Positions 60,116 through 64,000 of a stretch of 64,000 nucleotides of DNA are shown here, in pieces. This DNA comes from Cyanophora paradoxa CCMP329 (lineage: Eukaryota > Plantae > Glaucophyta): assembly GCA_004431415.1 (NCBI GenBank), contig QPMI01000609.1, forward strand, positions 124,001 to 188,000, in the 5' to 3' direction. Made by a program: the position numbers and the translations under genes. Position 1 is the stretch's first letter. The number at the start of each line of letters is the position of its first letter. A model generated the notes under the pieces. That model was not told the origin of the DNA. It saw only the letters and a program-made list of their open reading frames with translations, and made no database searches.

Positions 60116-63100
60116 ATGCGGGCCACCGTCGTCGCCCTCGTGGCGATGCTGGCGGTGTTAGCGCCGCTTGCAATCGGTGAGCCCAGTCGAGCTAGACACG
60201 CCGCTCGCGCGCCGGTTACCAGAGTTCTGTCAACCTCCGACCGGGCCCCACTCGCCCGCGCGATGCTCCTGTGCATATTTCCGACCCGTCGGTGTGCTGA
60301 TATCGCCCCGCGCCCCCGCCCATCGCAGCAGCTGGCCCTCCAACGGCCTCGACCGGCAAAACCTTCGTCGGCGCGTTCTCAGGCGTCCAGACTCGCACTT
60401 TCCTCGGCCAGGCGGCGGGAGGGTCGGGCGGCTACTCGTTCCATTGGCGGCAGACCGGCGGGCCGCAGGCTGATATGCACGGCGCGGAGTCGTCCATCGT
60501 GTCCGTCGACTTCCACAGTGCTGGCGCCTATTCGTTCTTGTTCACTGTGCGGGATAGCTCCGGTGAGTGGCATAGCATAGCCGCTTCGCGCTGGCGCCGC
60601 AGATTTGAAACTCCGTTGAGCAGGTCAGGAGGCATCATCCACTGTGTTGGCGTTTCTCGCCGATGGTGAGGGAATCCAAAGCGCGTTGCTGTGCCAGACA
60701 CTAACAAGATTCGCAGCTGGCACCATGCCCGAAGTCCCGGTTGGCAAGGACATCGAAGTCCGCCTGCCTCAGACCGCGGTCCGCCTCGTGGCGCCCGACG
60801 CGTCCGCCTCGACTACGTGCGCAGTCCTATCTGCTTGCATTCCCGGTTGCTAACGCCGGTTGCAGCTACTCCTGGGCAGTGAAATCGGGCCAGGCTGGCC
60901 TCACGAAGGATGGCGCGAACTCACCAGCTTTCACCGTCTCGGACCTCATGCCCGGCTCGTATGTCTTCGAGCTCACGACCCGTGACTCCGCGGCCGGCAC
61001 CTCGCGCCGCACGGTCAACCTCTACGTCCGCCAGGGTGCGCGAGTGCCTTGAAAGCTGCCGCGCCCGGCCCATGCGGCGCCGCTGACGCGAGGGCGTAGC
61101 GGAGAACGCGCTTCCGTCCGTCCAGGCGCCGGCCGAGGTCTCGGTGTACGCCCCGGCGAGCGGCACCGAGATCGCGGCGACCGCGTGGGACAACGACGGC
61201 AGCGTCTTCTCGTACCAGTGGAAGCAGGCGAGCGACCGCACGCGCGACCTGGCCGGCGCTTGCTGCCGCGCCGTCTGACGCGACGCGCGCACGCCGCCCC
61301 GCAGGAGACCGGCCCTACGACGCTCGAGCTGACGAACGTGAACGCACCGAACCTCCAGATTCTGGGAGGCCTTGTGGTCGGCGAGTACAAGTGCGTGCGG
61401 GGCGGGGCGGGCGGGGCGGCGGGGCGGCGGGCGGGCGGGCGGGCGTGGCGCCGGGGCTCACGCGGGGCGCGGCAGGCTCGCCCTGACCGTCACGGATGAC
61501 GACGGCGGCGTTACGACCGAGTACACCCGCGTCGTCGTCAAGCGTGCGCCCGCACGCTTTCTCTCCCCGCGGCGCGCCCGCCCACGCGCGCCCCGCAGGC
61601 GAGCCGGAGGCCCCGACGCTCTCGCTGGTGCCGCCGGTGCAGACCGTGCAGCTGCCCGTCCCGGGCGGCGTCTCCTTCGCTGCCGTCGTCGGCAACGCGG
61701 ACCCGTCGCGCGTCGCCCTCTCGTGGAAGGTCGCGCAGGGCTCGCCCCTGCGGCTCACGTCCCGCGGCCTCAACGTGACCTGCTCCGAGATCCTGCACCC
61801 CGGCACCTACGTCATCGCCGCCATGATGCCCGGACCCCAGGGCTCCACCATCACGGCCACCGCCACCCTCGTCGGTCCGCCCCCTCCTCCTCGCGCCGCC
61901 GGCCCCGCCCCGCCCCGCCGCGCCCCGCCGCGCCGCGTTGACGCCAGCGCGCGCAGTGGAGGCGCCGGCGGCGTCGCAGGCGGTGGCGCACGTGATGCTG
62001 CCGGTGAAGGGCGAGCTCGCGCTCTCTGCCGCCGGCGGCGCGCACACGGGCGACATGCTCTTCCACTGGGAGCAGGTCGACGGGCCGGCCCAAGTCACGT
62101 GCGCCCTCTCGGCCCGCCCCCCGCGCCTCTCCCCGTGCACGCCTCGCCGACCCCGCCGCGCACGCAGGCTGCTGGGCGGCTCGAGCCCGCGCGTGGTCCT
62201 CTCCGGCCTGAACAAGGACGGCGTCTACGTCTTCCGCTGCTCAGTCTCGAACAGCATCGGCCAGGCCGCCGTCACCGTCGTGACCCTCTACGCCTCCTTC
62301 CGTCCGCCCTTCCCGCCCGCCTTCCCGGCCGGTCGGGCCGCCCTCTGACTTGGACCGCAGCGCCGAAGCTCGTGGACGGGGCCGACGGCGAGGGCGCCCG
62401 CAAGGTGGAGATCCCGTACGAGGACGTGACCGTGGAGATCACGCCCCAGGGCGAGCGCCGCCTCTCCTTCCGCCCCATGTCGGTGCGCGCCGCTCTGTTT
62501 GTGAGTGTGTGTGCGGCTCTGACGCATCCGTGACGCGCAGATGACGCTGCGCGCCGACGCGAGCAACGTGGTCTGGCCGAACACGAAGCTCACGTGGGTG
62601 CAGTCGGCGGGCCCCGAGCTGGCGCCCAAGCAGGTCTCCGGCAACGACACGAGCGAGCTGACGCTCCAGAACCTGCTGCCCGGTTCCTACGTCATCGACG
62701 CCGTCGCCTACTCCGACTCGATCAAGGCGCGGCTGGAGCGGCCTGTGTCCTTCACCGTCAACGTCGTCCCGCGGGCCATCGTCCCCGCCGACGTCACCCT
62801 CACGGCCCCCAACAGCAGCCTCGTCCTCTCCGGCTCGGCCGACGACCTCGGCGGCTCCATCGTCTCGTACAGTGCGCCGCGCCGCGCCGCTCGTCGTCGC
62901 CGCCGCCGCCGACCGACAGCACCGCGCCGCAGAGTGGGAGCTGGTGGAGGGCCCCGCGTCGGGATCGAGCCGCATGAGCGGCGTGAACACGGCGACGCTC
63001 GCCCTGCGCGACCTGGAGCCCGGCGCCTACCGCTTCCGCCTCCGCGTCGTGGACGACCTCGGCGGCGTCGGCACGCAGACCGTCGCCGTGACCATCCACC

Positions 63101-64000
63101 CGGCCCCGGAGGCGCCCCCGGCCCCGCCCCCCAAGTTGGTCGAGACGCCGGCGCCCGAGACGCCGAGCCCGAGCCCGAGCCCGAGCCCGACGCCCGTGCC
63201 GCCGCCGACGGAGGTCGTGGCGCGCGGCCTGCCGATCTCGTCGGTGAGCGCCGGCGGGAGGACCGTCGTGGCCGTCGAGGGCGACGCGAGCGCGACGCTC
63301 CGCGCGACGGTCGTTGCGGAGGACCCGTCGCAGGTCCGCTACATGTGGGCGCAGGTCGCCGGCCCCAACGAGGCAGAGCTCGCCGGCGACTCGACGAGCG
63401 AGCTCACCGTCTCCAACCTCAAGATGGGCACGTACGCCTTCAAGGTCGTCGCCAGCGTCGGCGCCGCCGCCGCCGAGGACACCGCCACCCTCGTCGTCTC
63501 CTCCAGTGCGCCCGCCCGCCTCCCCTTCCGGCCTGCCACGGTGTCCCTGACCCCTCCGCAGCGCCCTCGCTGAGCGTCTCGTCGGCGTCGGCCGTCGCGC
63601 TCTCGGGCGATGAGGCGACCGTCTCCGCGCGCGCCTTCTCCGCCGACGGCTCTCCCATTACCTACAAGTGGGCCCAGGCCGACTCGAACCCCGCCCTCAT
63701 CCTCCTCCGTGCGCCCGCGCGCGCGCGCCGGCCCCCCACCCCGCCCACCCACCCGCCCGCCCCTAACTAACAACAACAGCCGATGCGGACGGAACGGTGC
63801 GGGTGCGCGGGGCGGGCCCGTACGCCTACGACCTGGCCGTGACGGCGACCAACGAGGCCGGCATCTCCACCACCGCCACGCACCGCCTCCTCGTCGAGGG
63901 CGGTCCGTCCGCTTCCTCGCTCACGAAGCTCACGAGGCTGACGCCCTGCAGACCCGTGGTACCGCAAGCTGGGCCTCTGGGCCTCCCTCGGCTCGCTGGC
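60116..64000 (+). CDS. Secreted/membrane multi-PKD (Ig-like) repeat protein, KIAA0319-like repeats; truncated by window end
   Basis: Signal MRATVVALVAMLAVLAPLAIG; repeats such as YQWKQ|ETGP..LVVGEYK|LALTVTDDDG, WVQSAGP..LQNLLPGSYV, WELVEGP..LEPGAYRFRLRVVDDLG. Confidence 0.85.

Overview
This is GC-rich, intron-dense eukaryotic nuclear DNA with many short GT-AG and GC-AG introns and CTGAC-like branch points. The style suggests an alga or protist such as a glaucophyte (inference only). Most six-frame ORFs are GC-driven artefacts, so genes were rebuilt by hand by splicing. Recognisable genes: a secreted LamG-REJ-GAIN/GPS protein with a GPI-like tail (-), two tandem-duplicated kinesin-light-chain-type TPR genes (-), a RING+YEATS protein (+), a SAMHD1-like HD dNTPase (+), 5-formyl-THF cyclo-ligase (-), a LOTUS/winged-helix-like repeat protein (+), tubulin cofactor C (-) and a multi-PKD-domain secreted protein (+, runs off the end), plus several hypothetical genes. 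Mobile DNA: an intron-containing, internally deleted pogo-like DD35D transposon, a TA-flanked MITE, two hAT MITEs with 8-bp TSDs, a Helitron-like tandem element and several satellites. The most striking signal appears when paralogous copies inside the window are aligned. A recurrent +6-bp micro-inverted-triplication (X -> X,revcomp(X),X, with X = 3 bp) is sometimes nested, lands in frame in putative exons, and plausibly generates the palindrome-rich texture of the non-coding DNA. Other highlights are a p21-like PIP-degron on the SAMHD1-like dNTPase and a GAIN/GPS protein with no 7TM/11TM module.
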